A stretch of 64,000 nucleotides of DNA from Nitrososphaerota archaeon (GTDB lineage Archaea; Thermoproteota; Nitrososphaeria; Nitrososphaerales; Gagatemarchaeaceae): assembly GCA_029785215.1 (NCBI GenBank), contig JAFMAB010000003.1:9430-73429 (forward strand), in the 5' to 3' direction. The notes beneath the pieces are model-generated. The model was not told where the DNA came from and searched no databases. It was given only the letters and a program-made list of their open reading frames with translations. Of this stretch, positions 1-10,138 are shown in pieces; position 1 is the first letter of the stretch, and each line of letters begins with the position of its first letter. The position numbers and the translations under genes are program-made.

Positions 1-600
1 GCCCTCCGCCGCATCATGGAGGAGAACTCCGAGCACACCCGTTTCATACTCATCTGCAACTATTCGTCAGGTATAATCGAGCCTCTGCAGAGCCGGTGCG
101 CGATCTTCAGGTTCCAGAGATACGGTGAGGGATCCGTGGTGGAGCACCTGAAGGCAATCGCGAGGAAGGAGAGGCTGAAACACTCGGGGGAGTCAGCGTT
201 CGCCGCGATCTACGAAGCCACCCAGGGCGACCTGAGACAGGCGATCAATATGCTGCAGGCAGCGTCCGCCACAGGCGAAATCACCCTAGACTCGGTGAAA
301 TCCGTGACCGGCACCGCTGTGAAAGGGCGCGTGGCGGACGTCATGGAGGCGGCCCTCGGCGGCGACTTCGAAGCGGCCAGGTCGAAGATGGTAGAGCTTA
401 CGCGGGTCTACGGCGTCCCGGAGCGAGATTTCCTGAAGTACGCCAACGAGTCCCTGGGGGGCCTCAAGGCCCCAGAACTAGGCAAGGTCATATCCATCCT
501 CGCCGAGTACGACTTCCGCCTCGTGCAGGGGTCGCAGCCTGAGCTCCAACTCACCGCAATGCTCGCCCAGATCTCCTCGCTGAAGGAGAAGGCAAGCTAG
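1..600 (+). CDS. rfcS: Replication factor C small subunit (5'-truncated by window edge)
   Basis: ALRRIMEE...TRFILICNY...IIEPLQSRC motifs, GDLRQAIN sensor-2 region, clamp-loader C-terminal domain. Confidence 0.93.
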   Translation, partial: ALRRIMEENSEHTRFILICNYSSGIIEPLQSRCAIFRFQRYGEGSVVEHLKAIARKERLKHSGESAFAAIYEATQGDLRQAINMLQAASATGEITLDSVKSVTGTAVKGRVADVMEAALGGDFEAARSKMVELTRVYGVPERDFLKYANESLGGLKAPELGKVISILAEYDFRLVQGSQPELQLTAMLAQISSLKEKAS

Positions 601-602
601 AG

Positions 603-1871
603 TTGGACCTCGCGCTCCCCAGGGGGGTAGACGACGTGGGGCCGGACAGGTACGCGCTTCACTCGAGGGTGAGGTCGGCCTTCGAGGAGGTGACGCGGCT
701 CTACAACTTCCAGTTGATGGAGCCGGCTTCGCTTGAGCACCTCGGCGTCCTCAGAGCCAAGAGCGGCGAAGCGGTCGACAAGGAGATCTACGCCTTCAAG
801 GACAAGGGAGGAAGGGACATCGGGCTCAGGTTCGACATGACCGTGGGTATGACCCGCTACGTCTGCTCTCGTAAAGGGCTGAGGCTCCCGGTCAAGCTAG
901 CCGCTTCCGGGGGGATCTGGCGCTACGACGAGCCCCAGTACGGGAGGTACAGGTGGTCCCATCAGTGGGACCTGGAAGTGTTCGGACCTCCGTCAGTCGA
1001 AATCGACGCCGAGGTGTTGGACGCATGCTCGACCATGCTCAGCAGGCTTGGGCTGTCGGAAGCTACGATAAAGATAGGCGACAGGAGGGTGGTGGAGAGC
1101 TTCATCCGAGGGAAGGTCGGAATCACCGACGAGACCCAGTTAGTCGACCTGATGAGGGCCCTTGACAAGGTCGAGAAGAAGGCTGCTGACGAGCTGACCG
1201 GCGAATATGTGGGGAAAGGATTCGACCCTGAACAGGTGCGCGAGTTGCTAGGCTTCGGTAGCATACGCGGGCGTCCTGACGATGTCCTCTCGAAGGTCTC
1301 TGAGCTGGGCCAGGATGCGACCAAGGACCTCCGGGTCTTGGCTGACATCCTCGATTCCAGAGGGGTGCGGAACGTGGAGTACAACATGAGCATAGTGCGT
1401 GGTATTGACTACTACACCGGGATAGTCTTCGAAGCCGCGGACAACAGGAACCCGCGGCTCGGTTCGCTCTTCGGGGGCGGGAGGTACGACGCCCTTCCCA
1501 GGATGTTCGGACGGCCAGACCTCTCGGCCACCGGGGCGGCAGGGGGGATCGAGAGGATGGCGCTGTCCATCGCCGCCCAGACCAGGACCGCCGGGCTGCT
1601 GGTCTATGTCGCAGTTGCTGGTGGAGGCTCGGCCTACGCCGCGAAGGTCAGGAAGGCCCTGATGGACGCGGGGATCCCGTGCGAGGCCTCACTTCAGGAT
1701 AGGCAACTGTCGAAGCAGCTAGAAGACGCCAGTCGGATCGGGGCCACATGGGCCGTGATTACAGGTGATAGGGAAGCCAAGGCCGGGTCTGTCACCCTAC
1801 GGGACATGAAGGGGCGCACCGAGGAGACCATGCCGCTGGAGGACGCTGTCAAGCGGATATCGCGCGCCTGA
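603..1871 (+). CDS. hisS: Histidine--tRNA ligase
   Basis: LRFDMT, WRYDEPQYGRYR motif 2, RGIDYYTG, GGGRYD, anticodon-binding C-terminus. Confidence 0.95.
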   Translation: MDLALPRGVDDVGPDRYALHSRVRSAFEEVTRLYNFQLMEPASLEHLGVLRAKSGEAVDKEIYAFKDKGGRDIGLRFDMTVGMTRYVCSRKGLRLPVKLAASGGIWRYDEPQYGRYRWSHQWDLEVFGPPSVEIDAEVLDACSTMLSRLGLSEATIKIGDRRVVESFIRGKVGITDETQLVDLMRALDKVEKKAADELTGEYVGKGFDPEQVRELLGFGSIRGRPDDVLSKVSELGQDATKDLRVLADILDSRGVRNVEYNMSIVRGIDYYTGIVFEAADNRNPRLGSLFGGGRYDALPRMFGRPDLSATGAAGGIERMALSIAAQTRTAGLLVYVAVAGGGSAYAAKVRKALMDAGIPCEASLQDRQLSKQLEDASRIGATWAVITGDREAKAGSVTLRDMKGRTEETMPLEDAVKRISRA

Positions 1872-1918
1872 GACCTGCCGTAATCTTTAATCGAAGGCCC
1901 CCGCTCGTCTGGTGAGGC

Positions 1919-2149
1919 ATGGAACGGGCGATAGTACTGGTGAACCTGAGCCCAGGTTCAGAAGAGCAGAACATCACTACGCTGAAGGGGACTCCGGGCA
2001 TAAAGTCTGTCTATCAGCTGTATGGGCTCTATGACCTGCTCGTCATGGTGGAGGGTGCGGACGACCAGGCTGTAAAGTCCATCATAGCGGAGAATCTCAG
2101 GTCGAAGCCAGGGGTGGTCTCCACTATAACGATGAAGATACTTCTCTGA
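1919..2149 (+). CDS. Stand-alone Lrp/AsnC ligand-binding (RAM) domain protein
   Basis: 76 aa, VYQLYGLYDLLVMVE pattern, no HTH. Confidence 0.8.
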   Translation: MERAIVLVNLSPGSEEQNITTLKGTPGIKSVYQLYGLYDLLVMVEGADDQAVKSIIAENLRSKPGVVSTITMKILL

Positions 2150-2190
2150 GCCGCTAATGCTTAAACGCGTTACGCCTGCGCCTTCCTGAG

Positions 2191-3159
2191 TTGGCCCCCA
2201 AGGTCTTGGTCACAGGCTCGGCTGGCCAGATTGGCGCTGAGCTAGTCCCTCGTCTCCGTTCTCACTACGGCAAGGACAACGTGGTCGCGGCTGTCCACGC
2301 GTCCCAGGGGGACCCGTCTCTCAGTGATGGCCCCCTGGTCGTCCTCGACACCGGAGATCAAGCAGCCGTCGTCGCAGCCCTGAAGGAGTACAAGGTCGGC
2401 ACCGTCTATCACCTCGCGGCGCTTCTGTCCGCGAAGGGGGAGAAGGACCCCCAGCTAGCTTGGACTGTGAACATGGACGGGCTAAGGAACGTCCTCGAAG
2501 CCTCCAGGACCAACGGCGTTTCGCATGTGTTCTGGCCGAGTTCCATAGGCGCTTTCGGTCCCGACGCGCCCAAGACCAACACCCCTCAGAATGCCCCCTT
2601 GAACCCCACGACTATGTATGGGGTGACGAAGGTCGCCGGAGAGCTTCTCTGCAACTATTACCACGCGAAGTATGGACTCGACGTCCGTTGCCTCCGATAC
2701 CCTGGCCTGATCAGCAGCGTCGCTCTTCCCGGAGGTGGGACCACGGATTATGCCGTGGAGATCTTCTATGAAGCCATCAGGATGGGGTCGTACACCTGTT
2801 TCTTGCGTGAAGACACCGTCCTCCCTATGATGTACATGCCAGACGCCCTAAAGGCCGCTGTCCAATTGATGGAGGCACCCGCGCCCAAGGTCCCTCGACA
2901 CCTAGGTTACAATGTTGCTGCGTTCAGTTTTTCTGCCGGAGAACTAGCGTCCGAGGTTGCGAAGCTAGTCCCAGGGTTCAAGGTGGCCTATTCCCCTGAC
3001 TCCCGTCAGAATATAGCCGACTCCTGGCCCCAGTCCATCGACGATACAGAGGCGAGGCGAGACTGGGGGTGGGAGCCTGAGTACGACCTAGCCGGGATGG
3101 TGGCCGACATGCTGGCCAAGCTCAGGTCCAGGCTGAGGCGTGCGGGGAAAGGCGTTTAA
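2191..3159 (+). CDS. SDR/GalE-type L-threonine 3-dehydrogenase
   Basis: GSAGQIG, YHLAALLSAKGE, YGVTK, PGGGTTDYAV; adjacent to kbl. Confidence 0.85.
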   Translation: MAPKVLVTGSAGQIGAELVPRLRSHYGKDNVVAAVHASQGDPSLSDGPLVVLDTGDQAAVVAALKEYKVGTVYHLAALLSAKGEKDPQLAWTVNMDGLRNVLEASRTNGVSHVFWPSSIGAFGPDAPKTNTPQNAPLNPTTMYGVTKVAGELLCNYYHAKYGLDVRCLRYPGLISSVALPGGGTTDYAVEIFYEAIRMGSYTCFLREDTVLPMMYMPDALKAAVQLMEAPAPKVPRHLGYNVAAFSFSAGELASEVAKLVPGFKVAYSPDSRQNIADSWPQSIDDTEARRDWGWEPEYDLAGMVADMLAKLRSRLRRAGKGV

Positions 3160-3184
3160 CCATAAGGAGGGGCGGTTGCCATCA

Positions 3185-4396
3185 ATGAGGGATCCTACCG
3201 CTTTTCTCGCACAAGAGTTTGGTGATCTTGTCCGCCAGGAGCTCGACTGGAAGCTCCGTATCCTTGGAGGACCGAGCACTTCGTGGTGCACTGTCGACGG
3301 GAAGAGGGTCCTGATGTTCTGTTCCAACAACTACCTCGGGCTCAGCAACCACCCCAAGCTGAAGGAGGCGGCCATCGAAGCCATCAGGACCCACGGCGCA
3401 GGCTCGGGCTCGGTCAGACCCATCGCGGGGAACATGGACATCCACGTGGAACTCGAGAAGCGCCTTGCAAAGTTCAAGGGCGCCGAAGCCTCGCTCGTAT
3501 ACCAGACAGGCTTCGCGGCGAACTCCGGACTGATCCCACAGTTGGCAGGAAAGGGGGACCTGATCATAAGCGACGAGCTGAACCATGGAAGCATAATCGA
3601 CGGGGTCAGGCTTTCAGCTGCCGATCGCAAGGTCTACAAACACGCTGACATGGACGACCTTGCCCGGGTGCTCGCGGAGGCTGAGAAGACGGCTCCAGCT
3701 TACAGGCGCATCTTGATAATCACAGACGGCGTCTTCTCGATGGACGGCGACGTGGCGCCCCTCGACAAGGTCGCAGCCCTCGGCGCCGAGCACGGAGCCA
3801 TGGTGTATGTCGATGACGCCCATGGCGAAGGCGTCCTCGGCGATGGAGGAAGAGGGATTGTCTCTCACTTCGGCCTTAAGAGGGACAAGGTCCAGGTGGA
3901 GATGGGGACGTTCTCCAAGGCGTTCGGCGTCGTGGGCGGGCATGTATCGGGTTCGAAGGACCTCGTAAACTTCGCCTACAACAAGTCCCGCACCTGGCTT
4001 CTGAGCGGGTCCCACCCGCCGGCGGTCGCCGCAGCCTGTCTGGCAGCCGTAGACGTGCTGGAGCACGAACCGCAGCACGTCCAGAAGCTCTGGGACAACA
4101 CCCGTTACTTCAAGAAGGCCATGAAAGACCTTGGCTTCGACATCGGCAACAGCGAGACCCCCATAACTCCGGTGATGGTCGGAGAGAGCGGGAAGGCAAA
4201 GAAGCTCAGCTCCAGGCTCTTTGAAATCGGAGTCTTCGCCCTCCCCATCGTGTACCCGATGGTCGCCCAAGGCAAGGCGAGGATCAGGACCATCATGAAT
4301 GCAGCCCTGACGAAGGAGGACCTCGACTTCGCCATAGGCGCCTTCGAGACCGCTGGGAAGGAGCTCGGCGTGGTCATTGCTCAAGGCCATGCTTAG
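3185..4396 (+). CDS. kbl: Glycine C-acetyltransferase (2-amino-3-ketobutyrate CoA ligase), class II PLP enzyme
   Basis: SNNYLGL, SDELNHGSIIDG, DGVFSMDGD, DDAHGEG, GTFSKAFG; ATG at 3185 chosen over upstream start. Confidence 0.85.
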   Translation: MRDPTAFLAQEFGDLVRQELDWKLRILGGPSTSWCTVDGKRVLMFCSNNYLGLSNHPKLKEAAIEAIRTHGAGSGSVRPIAGNMDIHVELEKRLAKFKGAEASLVYQTGFAANSGLIPQLAGKGDLIISDELNHGSIIDGVRLSAADRKVYKHADMDDLARVLAEAEKTAPAYRRILIITDGVFSMDGDVAPLDKVAALGAEHGAMVYVDDAHGEGVLGDGGRGIVSHFGLKRDKVQVEMGTFSKAFGVVGGHVSGSKDLVNFAYNKSRTWLLSGSHPPAVAAACLAAVDVLEHEPQHVQKLWDNTRYFKKAMKDLGFDIGNSETPITPVMVGESGKAKKLSSRLFEIGVFALPIVYPMVAQGKARIRTIMNAALTKEDLDFAIGAFETAGKELGVVIAQGHA

Positions 4397-4444
4397 ACTG
4401 CGTACAGGTTAAGAGCTAGGCCTGGTGACGCCAGAAGAAGCAGG

Positions 4445-4867
4445 TTGACCTTCCGCTATCTCCCTGATGTGGCACTCGCCGACGTTGCGTTCGAGGCTGA
4501 AGCCGGGTCACTCGGCGAGCTCTTCGAATCCTGCGCCCTCGCACTAACTGATATCATGGTGGACCCGGCGACGCTCAAGCCCGCGGTAGCGCGAGAAATA
4601 TCCCTGGAATCAGACGACGCAGACAGGCTCCTGTACGACTTCCTCACTGAGCTCATAGTAGCCAAGGACGTGGACTCGCTCCTCTTCAGGGAGTACAGCG
4701 TAGAAACAGCACCCGACGGCCGCTCGCTCCGGGCGACGGCGCGGGGGGAGCTAATCGACAGGGAACGCCACTCACTAAGGAACGACGTGAAGGCCGTGAC
4801 CATGCACATGTTCGGCATCAGGCACGAGGGGGGCAGGTGGATGGCGACGGTCGTCCTCGACATCTGA
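4445..4867 (+). CDS. Archease
   Basis: ADVAFEA, VKAVTMH, terminal VVLDI; directly upstream of rtcB. Confidence 0.9.
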   Translation: MTFRYLPDVALADVAFEAEAGSLGELFESCALALTDIMVDPATLKPAVAREISLESDDADRLLYDFLTELIVAKDVDSLLFREYSVETAPDGRSLRATARGELIDRERHSLRNDVKAVTMHMFGIRHEGGRWMATVVLDI

Positions 4868-4924
4868 GACCTCCAAACCCTTAAAGGCTCAACTCGCAGG
4901 CAAGGAAAAGGGCAGGGGCTCTGG

Positions 4925-6382
4925 GTGGCACAGACAAGCTCTTTCAAGCAGCTTTCAGATTACTCGTGGGAGATTCCACAGTCCTACAAGCCGGGGATGA
5001 ATGTCCCCGCGAAGATCTATGCCACGCGCAAGCTCCTCGAAGCGATGGACACCGGCGTGATCGAGCAGGTGACCAACGTCGCCTGCCTCCCGGGGATCGT
5101 CAGGCAGGCCTATGCCATGGCCGACGCTCATTGGGGGTATGGGTTCCCGATAGGAGGAGTGGCAGCGTTCGACATCGAGGACGGGATAATCTCGCCTGGA
5201 GGGATTGGTTTCGACATTAACTGTGGGATGCGTTTGATACGGACGAATCTTACGTACTCAGAAGTCAAACCAAAGATAAAGGAGCTAGTCGACCTCATCT
5301 TCAAACTCGTCCCCGCAGGAGTAGGCGTGAAGGGGTTCCTGAGGGTCAGCGAGCCTCAGTTCGACGAGATCATGAAGTACGGGGTGAAGTGGTGCGCCGA
5401 GAATGGCCAGGCGTGGGAGGACGACCCGGCCCACGTAGAAGAGGGGGGTTACATCAAGGGGGCTGACCCGTCCAAGGTCAGTCGCCAGGCCCGGACCAGA
5501 GGGATCGACCAGCTCGGGACGCTGGGTTCAGGCAACCATTACCTCGAAGTTCAGGTGGTCGACCCTGCCAGGTACTTCGACCAAGAACTTGCAAGGCACT
5601 TCGGAATCGTCCAGGATGACCAGGTCCTGGTCATGATACACTGTGGAAGCCGCGGGTTCGGCCACCAGATAGGGAGCGACTACCTCCGCGTCTTCGACGG
5701 TGCTATGAAGAGACATGGAATCCAGGTCAAGGACAGAGAGCTAGCTTGCGCCCCCTTCGCGTCGAAGGAGGGTAAGGACTACTACGGGGCAATGGTCTGC
5801 GCGGCCAACATGGCCTTCACAAACAGGCAGATCATAGTGCAGAGGGTCAGGGAGGCCTTCTCCAGGACATTCCACAGGGAAGCCGAGGCCCTCGACATGC
5901 ACCTCATCTACGACGTATGCCACAACGTAGCGAAGGTGGAGAGGCATTCCTACGAAGGCAAGAGTGCTGATGTCCTCGTGCACAGGAAGGGGGCGACGCG
6001 CAGCTTCGGCCCGGGGCACCCGGACATCCCCGCTCCATACCGGGGAATAGGACAGCCCGTGATTATAGGAGGGTCCATGGAGACCGGGTCCTACCTGCTA
6101 GTCGGGTCCCAGAAGGCCATGGAGGAGACCTTCGGTTCAACTGCGCATGGGTCAGGGAGGACCATGTCCAGGACAGCCGCGAGGCGCGAAGTGCACGGTG
6201 CGGAGCTGCAGCGTAGAATGCTGGACCGAGGCATCTATGTGAAGGCTGCCACCATGGACGGCCTCGCAGAGGAGGCCGGGATGGCCTACAAAGACATCTC
6301 CGAGGTGGTGGAGACCATGGACAGGGCAGGGATTTCCAAGAAGGTCGTGGCGCTCCGGCCCATTGGCAACATCAAGGGGTGA
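4925..6382 (+). CDS. rtcB: tRNA-splicing ligase RtcB
   Basis: DAHWGYGFPIGGV, DINCG, GSGNHYLE, HCGSRG, HRKGAT, STAHGSGR. Confidence 0.96.
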   Translation: MAQTSSFKQLSDYSWEIPQSYKPGMNVPAKIYATRKLLEAMDTGVIEQVTNVACLPGIVRQAYAMADAHWGYGFPIGGVAAFDIEDGIISPGGIGFDINCGMRLIRTNLTYSEVKPKIKELVDLIFKLVPAGVGVKGFLRVSEPQFDEIMKYGVKWCAENGQAWEDDPAHVEEGGYIKGADPSKVSRQARTRGIDQLGTLGSGNHYLEVQVVDPARYFDQELARHFGIVQDDQVLVMIHCGSRGFGHQIGSDYLRVFDGAMKRHGIQVKDRELACAPFASKEGKDYYGAMVCAANMAFTNRQIIVQRVREAFSRTFHREAEALDMHLIYDVCHNVAKVERHSYEGKSADVLVHRKGATRSFGPGHPDIPAPYRGIGQPVIIGGSMETGSYLLVGSQKAMEETFGSTAHGSGRTMSRTAARREVHGAELQRRMLDRGIYVKAATMDGLAEEAGMAYKDISEVVETMDRAGISKKVVALRPIGNIKG

Positions 6383-6388
6383 GCTAGG

Positions 6389-6791
6389 ATGCTCACGCTG
6401 CACCTACCCACCGGAGGCGTGATGCTGCTTGTCTCAGTCGGGCTGGCCGTTCTTTGGGCGGTGGTGTCAGTCCCGGTGAACTTCGCGGAAAAGTTGGTCA
6501 AGGGGAGACAGGGCCACCTTCGGCGGCGCGATGGGCGCTAACTTGGGTGGGGTTGTGGTCTACTACGTCGTGTACCTCGTGGTCGCTTTCGCTCTGGGCG
6601 CGGTCATGGACTCACCGGCGCTAGCGGTGGCTCTCGCCCTCGGCCTCCTGGGCTGGTTGGCTGTCTTCAGGCGGGCATTCCACACCTCCTTGCTCGGCGC
6701 CGTCGCAGTCGTAGTCCTGGCGTGGCTCATACTGATGGTCTTGGACGTGGCTCTGACAGGCGTCTTCGGGGTCAGCCTCCCCGCCTTCTAA
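6389..6791 (+). pseudogene. Small multi-pass membrane protein split by a frameshift near 6500-6510
   Basis: ATG 6389 frame gives a TM helix (LLVSVGLAVLWAVVSVPVNF) then stops; another frame continues DRATFGGAMGANLGGVVVYY with three more TM segments. Confidence 0.55.
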
Positions 6792-6793
6792 CT

Positions 6794-7567
6794 CTATCCG
6801 ATGTAGCCTGGTCTCTGTTCGCGCGACGACTGTGGAGCTGCCTCACGAGACTGTTCCGCCATCGCCTGGAGCTGGCTGATCACCTTCTGCGTCTCTTCGG
6901 CCCTCTCGTTCAGCCTGGACGTGTCCATCGGGATGTCTAGCACCCTCGACAGCAGCTCGAGGACGGCCTTGGAGGCCGCAGCGTCGACGACATAGCCTGA
7001 CGTCTCCCCGAGGAGGCACGCGCCTTCCAATCCCCTGAGCGCCCCCACCCCTATGAGCAGCCCGTTCATTCCGCTGATCCCGCCGTCCTTCATCAGCGTG
7101 ACTCCGCTGGCAGACAGTACGTCTGCCATCTCCTTGCATGTTCCTGCACCGTACACCTTTGGAGACTTTGTGAAGGAGCCTGTTATGTAGGCCGCCAGCG
7201 TATAGACTCTCTTCACCCCGCACTTCTTCGCGAACTTTACCACCTTGTCCGAAAGCTCATACTCTCCTTCGGAGGTCGTCGGCTGGGTGTCGGCGGTGAA
7301 TACCATGATGCTCCTCTTCCCCTTCATGGACGCGAAGAAGAGCTCGCCCTTGGGAGGCTCAGCTATCCCGTCTTCCTTCACACTCACCTGAGGCGGGAAT
7401 GCGGCGCTGGTGTACTCAGCGATCTTTTTCAGCCTGAGCGAGGTCACCAGGTGGTCCGCCGCGAGCTTCCCCACGTAGCCGCTCCCGGGGAGCCCGCAGA
7501 CAAGGACAGGCTGCCGGCCCCTTGGGACCGAGAGAACCCTCTCTTTGACGACCGTCGCGGCGCTCAT
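6794..7567 (-). CDS. PAC2-family proteasome assembly chaperone-like protein
   Basis: GLPGSGYVGKLA, GGISGMNGLL, CLLGETSGY, C-terminal PGYIG. Confidence 0.88.
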   Translation of the reverse strand: MSAATVVKERVLSVPRGRQPVLVCGLPGSGYVGKLAADHLVTSLRLKKIAEYTSAAFPPQVSVKEDGIAEPPKGELFFASMKGKRSIMVFTADTQPTTSEGEYELSDKVVKFAKKCGVKRVYTLAAYITGSFTKSPKVYGAGTCKEMADVLSASGVTLMKDGGISGMNGLLIGVGALRGLEGACLLGETSGYVVDAAASKAVLELLSRVLDIPMDTSRLNERAEETQKVISQLQAMAEQSREAAPQSSREQRPGYIG

Positions 7568-7938
7568 TCCTCCCTCTTCCCGAGCTTCTCGCTCAGGTCA
7601 ACAAGCTTCCCCTGGTCCATCACCTTGATCGATGTCTTCATCCGGAACCTCAGCCCGAGCTGCCGGAATATGGATAGCAGTTCGCCCCCTCCAATCGTTC
7701 CGTTCAGCCGGCCGGCACGAACCATCCCCGCGAGCTCTTTGACCAGCCTCTCCGTCTCGGCGGGATAGAACGAGTACGCCGTCTCAAGAACCTCGGCCCC
7801 TCTGTCGTAGAGTATCCCCTCTACCACTTCCCTGTCGGTCTTCTCCTTTTTGGGAGCATGCTCCGCTGCTTTCAGTCTCTTCCTAAGCTCCTCGAGCTTC
7901 CGCTGCTCTAGGAGCTTCAGGTCGGTGTCTTCAGCCAT
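7564..7938 (-). CDS. PDCD5/dsDNA-binding family-like protein
   Basis: DTDLKLLEQRKLEELRKR N-terminus and helical core; start at ATG 7938. Confidence 0.6.
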   Translation of the reverse strand: MAEDTDLKLLEQRKLEELRKRLKAAEHAPKKEKTDREVVEGILYDRGAEVLETAYSFYPAETERLVKELAGMVRAGRLNGTIGGGELLSIFRQLGLRFRMKTSIKVMDQGKLVDLSEKLGKREE

Positions 7939-8132
7939 TGCGTTCAGGTCGCTGGCTTCTGTCGCAATAAAACACTTGCTGACCGGCGGCACCAGGCGTG
8001 GAGGCCCTACCGCATATCGTCAGGCTCTGTTCGAGGGTGACACCAACGCAATTGGTACCCAGAATGGGACGGAATCCGTGGCCCTCACCCCCTGTTCTGC
8101 GGGGATGGGCCGCCTACTACGCCGAGCAGGCA

Positions 8133-8570
8133 CTATGGTTGGGTAATCTTGATACTCTGGGTTGGACAACTGGTTTCGCAGGCCATGCAGAAGATGCAGT
8201 CCATCTCTCTCACGGGGTCGCATTTGTCGCTCCTGTACTGGTTCCACTCGGGGGTCCCCTGTTCGACGACTTTGTCCTTCCCGGTGCCCGCCTGACCAGG
8301 GTTGAGCAACCATTCGAACACAAACACTGGACAGACATCCATGCAGACTCCGTCCGCGACGCACGACTCCCAGTCGATCGCCACCTGGGTGCCATGGACC
8401 CCATTGGTGGTCGGATACGGCTTTCCTTCACCGTCGTTCCTCGTGACTCCTGCTGCCCTTACCTTGTGCCCGTTGTGTTCCCCTGTTTCTGGGAACTGGT
8501 CGGGTTTCGACAGGAAGTTCGGGTCGATCGGTGCAGACTTGTAACCTACATCACGTGTCATGACTGTCAA
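8133..8570 (-). CDS. zfx: Zinc-containing dicluster ferredoxin
   Basis: PIDPNF N-terminal extension with His residues (GEHNGH, GVHGT); CVADGVCMDVCP and CIFCMACETSCP. Confidence 0.85.
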   Translation of the reverse strand: MTVMTRDVGYKSAPIDPNFLSKPDQFPETGEHNGHKVRAAGVTRNDGEGKPYPTTNGVHGTQVAIDWESCVADGVCMDVCPVFVFEWLLNPGQAGTGKDKVVEQGTPEWNQYRSDKCDPVREMDCIFCMACETSCPTQSIKITQP

Positions 8571-8686
8571 ACATCGCCACCGTCAGGTAGTTATAAGTGA
8601 TACGGAGTCTAGACGTGACAGTCGCCTCTCCCTTCATCAGGCGCGCCCAAACGTCGCCTCTCGTCCCAGGACGACTTCGTTGAGAC

Positions 8687-9379
8687 CTATCCAGAGTTAG
8701 ACATGAGCTCGAAGCCTCCGTCGTCTCCGAGCCTGTAGACGGCGATTGGTTTTATCGTGAAGATCCCCACTTCGGCCACCCCGGGGATGGACTTCGCTCT
8801 CATTTCAAGGTCCCTCGGGTCGTCAATGGGATCGAACAGTGTGTCTAGGATCACGTTCCCGCTCTCAGTGAAGTACGGATACCCCTTGGGGAGGAGCCTC
8901 TCTTCTGGGGTGCCGCCGAGCGTCGAAAGCTTCAGCTTTGCGCTCTCCCTGGCCATCGGGACGACCTCGACTGGGACCCTCACGCCGTTTTCGCAGAGTT
9001 TCCTCGCGAACTTGGCTTCCCCCGCAACAATCACGGCGGACCTCGCGCCTCCCATGACGATCTTTTCTTTCAGCAGGGCCCCGCCTCCTCCCTTGACCAG
9101 GTTAAGTCCAGCGTCCACCTGGTCGGCGCCGTCTATTACGAGGTCGACCGAGCCCTTGAACGGTACGACCTCGACGCCGCACTTTGCCGCCGCCATCTCG
9201 ATCTGGGTCGAGGTCGCTACACCCCTGATCGTCTTCGACCTCGCCATCACTAGGGGAGACAGTTCCTCGAGGAGCGCCGCCACGGTCGAACCGCTGCCAA
9301 GGCCGAGAGTCATGCCCGGGGAGATCCGCTCGGCAAGCTCCTTGGCCACTCCCTTCAGGGCGTCCCTTGACTTGTCCAT
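8687..9379 (-). CDS. rpiA: Ribose-5-phosphate isomerase A
   Basis: GLGSGST, DGADQVD, KGGGGALLKEK, VPVEVVP. Confidence 0.95.
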   Translation of the reverse strand: MDKSRDALKGVAKELAERISPGMTLGLGSGSTVAALLEELSPLVMARSKTIRGVATSTQIEMAAAKCGVEVVPFKGSVDLVIDGADQVDAGLNLVKGGGGALLKEKIVMGGARSAVIVAGEAKFARKLCENGVRVPVEVVPMARESAKLKLSTLGGTPEERLLPKGYPYFTESGNVILDTLFDPIDDPRDLEMRAKSIPGVAEVGIFTIKPIAVYRLGDDGGFELMSNSG

Positions 9380-10041
9380 CAGCCTTCCTGCTGCTTCTTT
9401 TCGATGTCTATCTGCTCTAGCTTAGTGAGGGCATCCATCACTTCGTCCCTGATCACCTTGACCCTCTTCTCTGACTCGCTCATCTCGGGTTTGGCCCTCC
9501 TCTCCACGACCCGCTCGAGGTCGGTGGCCTTCTCGACCTTGGGGGCGGCCTCCTTCTTAACAGGCTGAGGAGCTGCTGGTCCGAGCCTCTGCTTCGCCAC
9601 GTCCAGCCTGGACTCGATGTTTCGTATCTTGCTCTCAAAGAGGGTCACCAGTTCGTTTCGGAGCCCTTCGAGTTCTCCCACTTCGACGACCAGCTCGACG
9701 TCCTTCAACTTAGCCTGGAGGTCTTTGATCTGGTCGCTGTACCGCTTGGATATCATCTCCCTCTCTTCGCGGGTTATCCTCCCTTCGCTCTCCGCTTCGT
9801 AGAGTTTCATCATAGCGGAGGAGAGGAGGTCTCTCTCGACCATAATCGTCCTCATCTCTCTCCGAGAGCGCTCCAGGTCAGCAGTGGTCACGGTGGACTC
9901 GACGGTCCTAGCTTCTGCGTCGACCCGCCTCAGGGACACCTTCGCCCGCTTCGGCCTCGTGTAGAACACAACGTACGATGCCAGTCCGCCTAGGCCGAGG
10001 CCGACAATACCGGCGACCACCACCGTCAGAGCATCGACCAT
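9379..10041 (-). CDS. Membrane-anchored coiled-coil hypothetical protein
   Basis: N-terminal TM helix followed by charged heptad-rich helices; abuts rpiA. Confidence 0.7.
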   Translation of the reverse strand: MVDALTVVVAGIVGLGLGGLASYVVFYTRPKRAKVSLRRVDAEARTVESTVTTADLERSRREMRTIMVERDLLSSAMMKLYEAESEGRITREEREMISKRYSDQIKDLQAKLKDVELVVEVGELEGLRNELVTLFESKIRNIESRLDVAKQRLGPAAPQPVKKEAAPKVEKATDLERVVERRAKPEMSESEKRVKVIRDEVMDALTKLEQIDIEKKQQEG

Positions 10042-10138
10042 GCGCGCCTATCCTTGCCCGCGCTTAGGCGCTTTGGTATAAAAGCAGATTCGCGCGTGCC
10101 ACTGCACTCTCATCGGGACGTTGTGCTGTGTTGTTACT

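Noticed and set aside
4925..6382. Intein in RtcB (also checked the visible part of RFC)
   Set aside because: Length and motif spacing are those of intein-free proteins.
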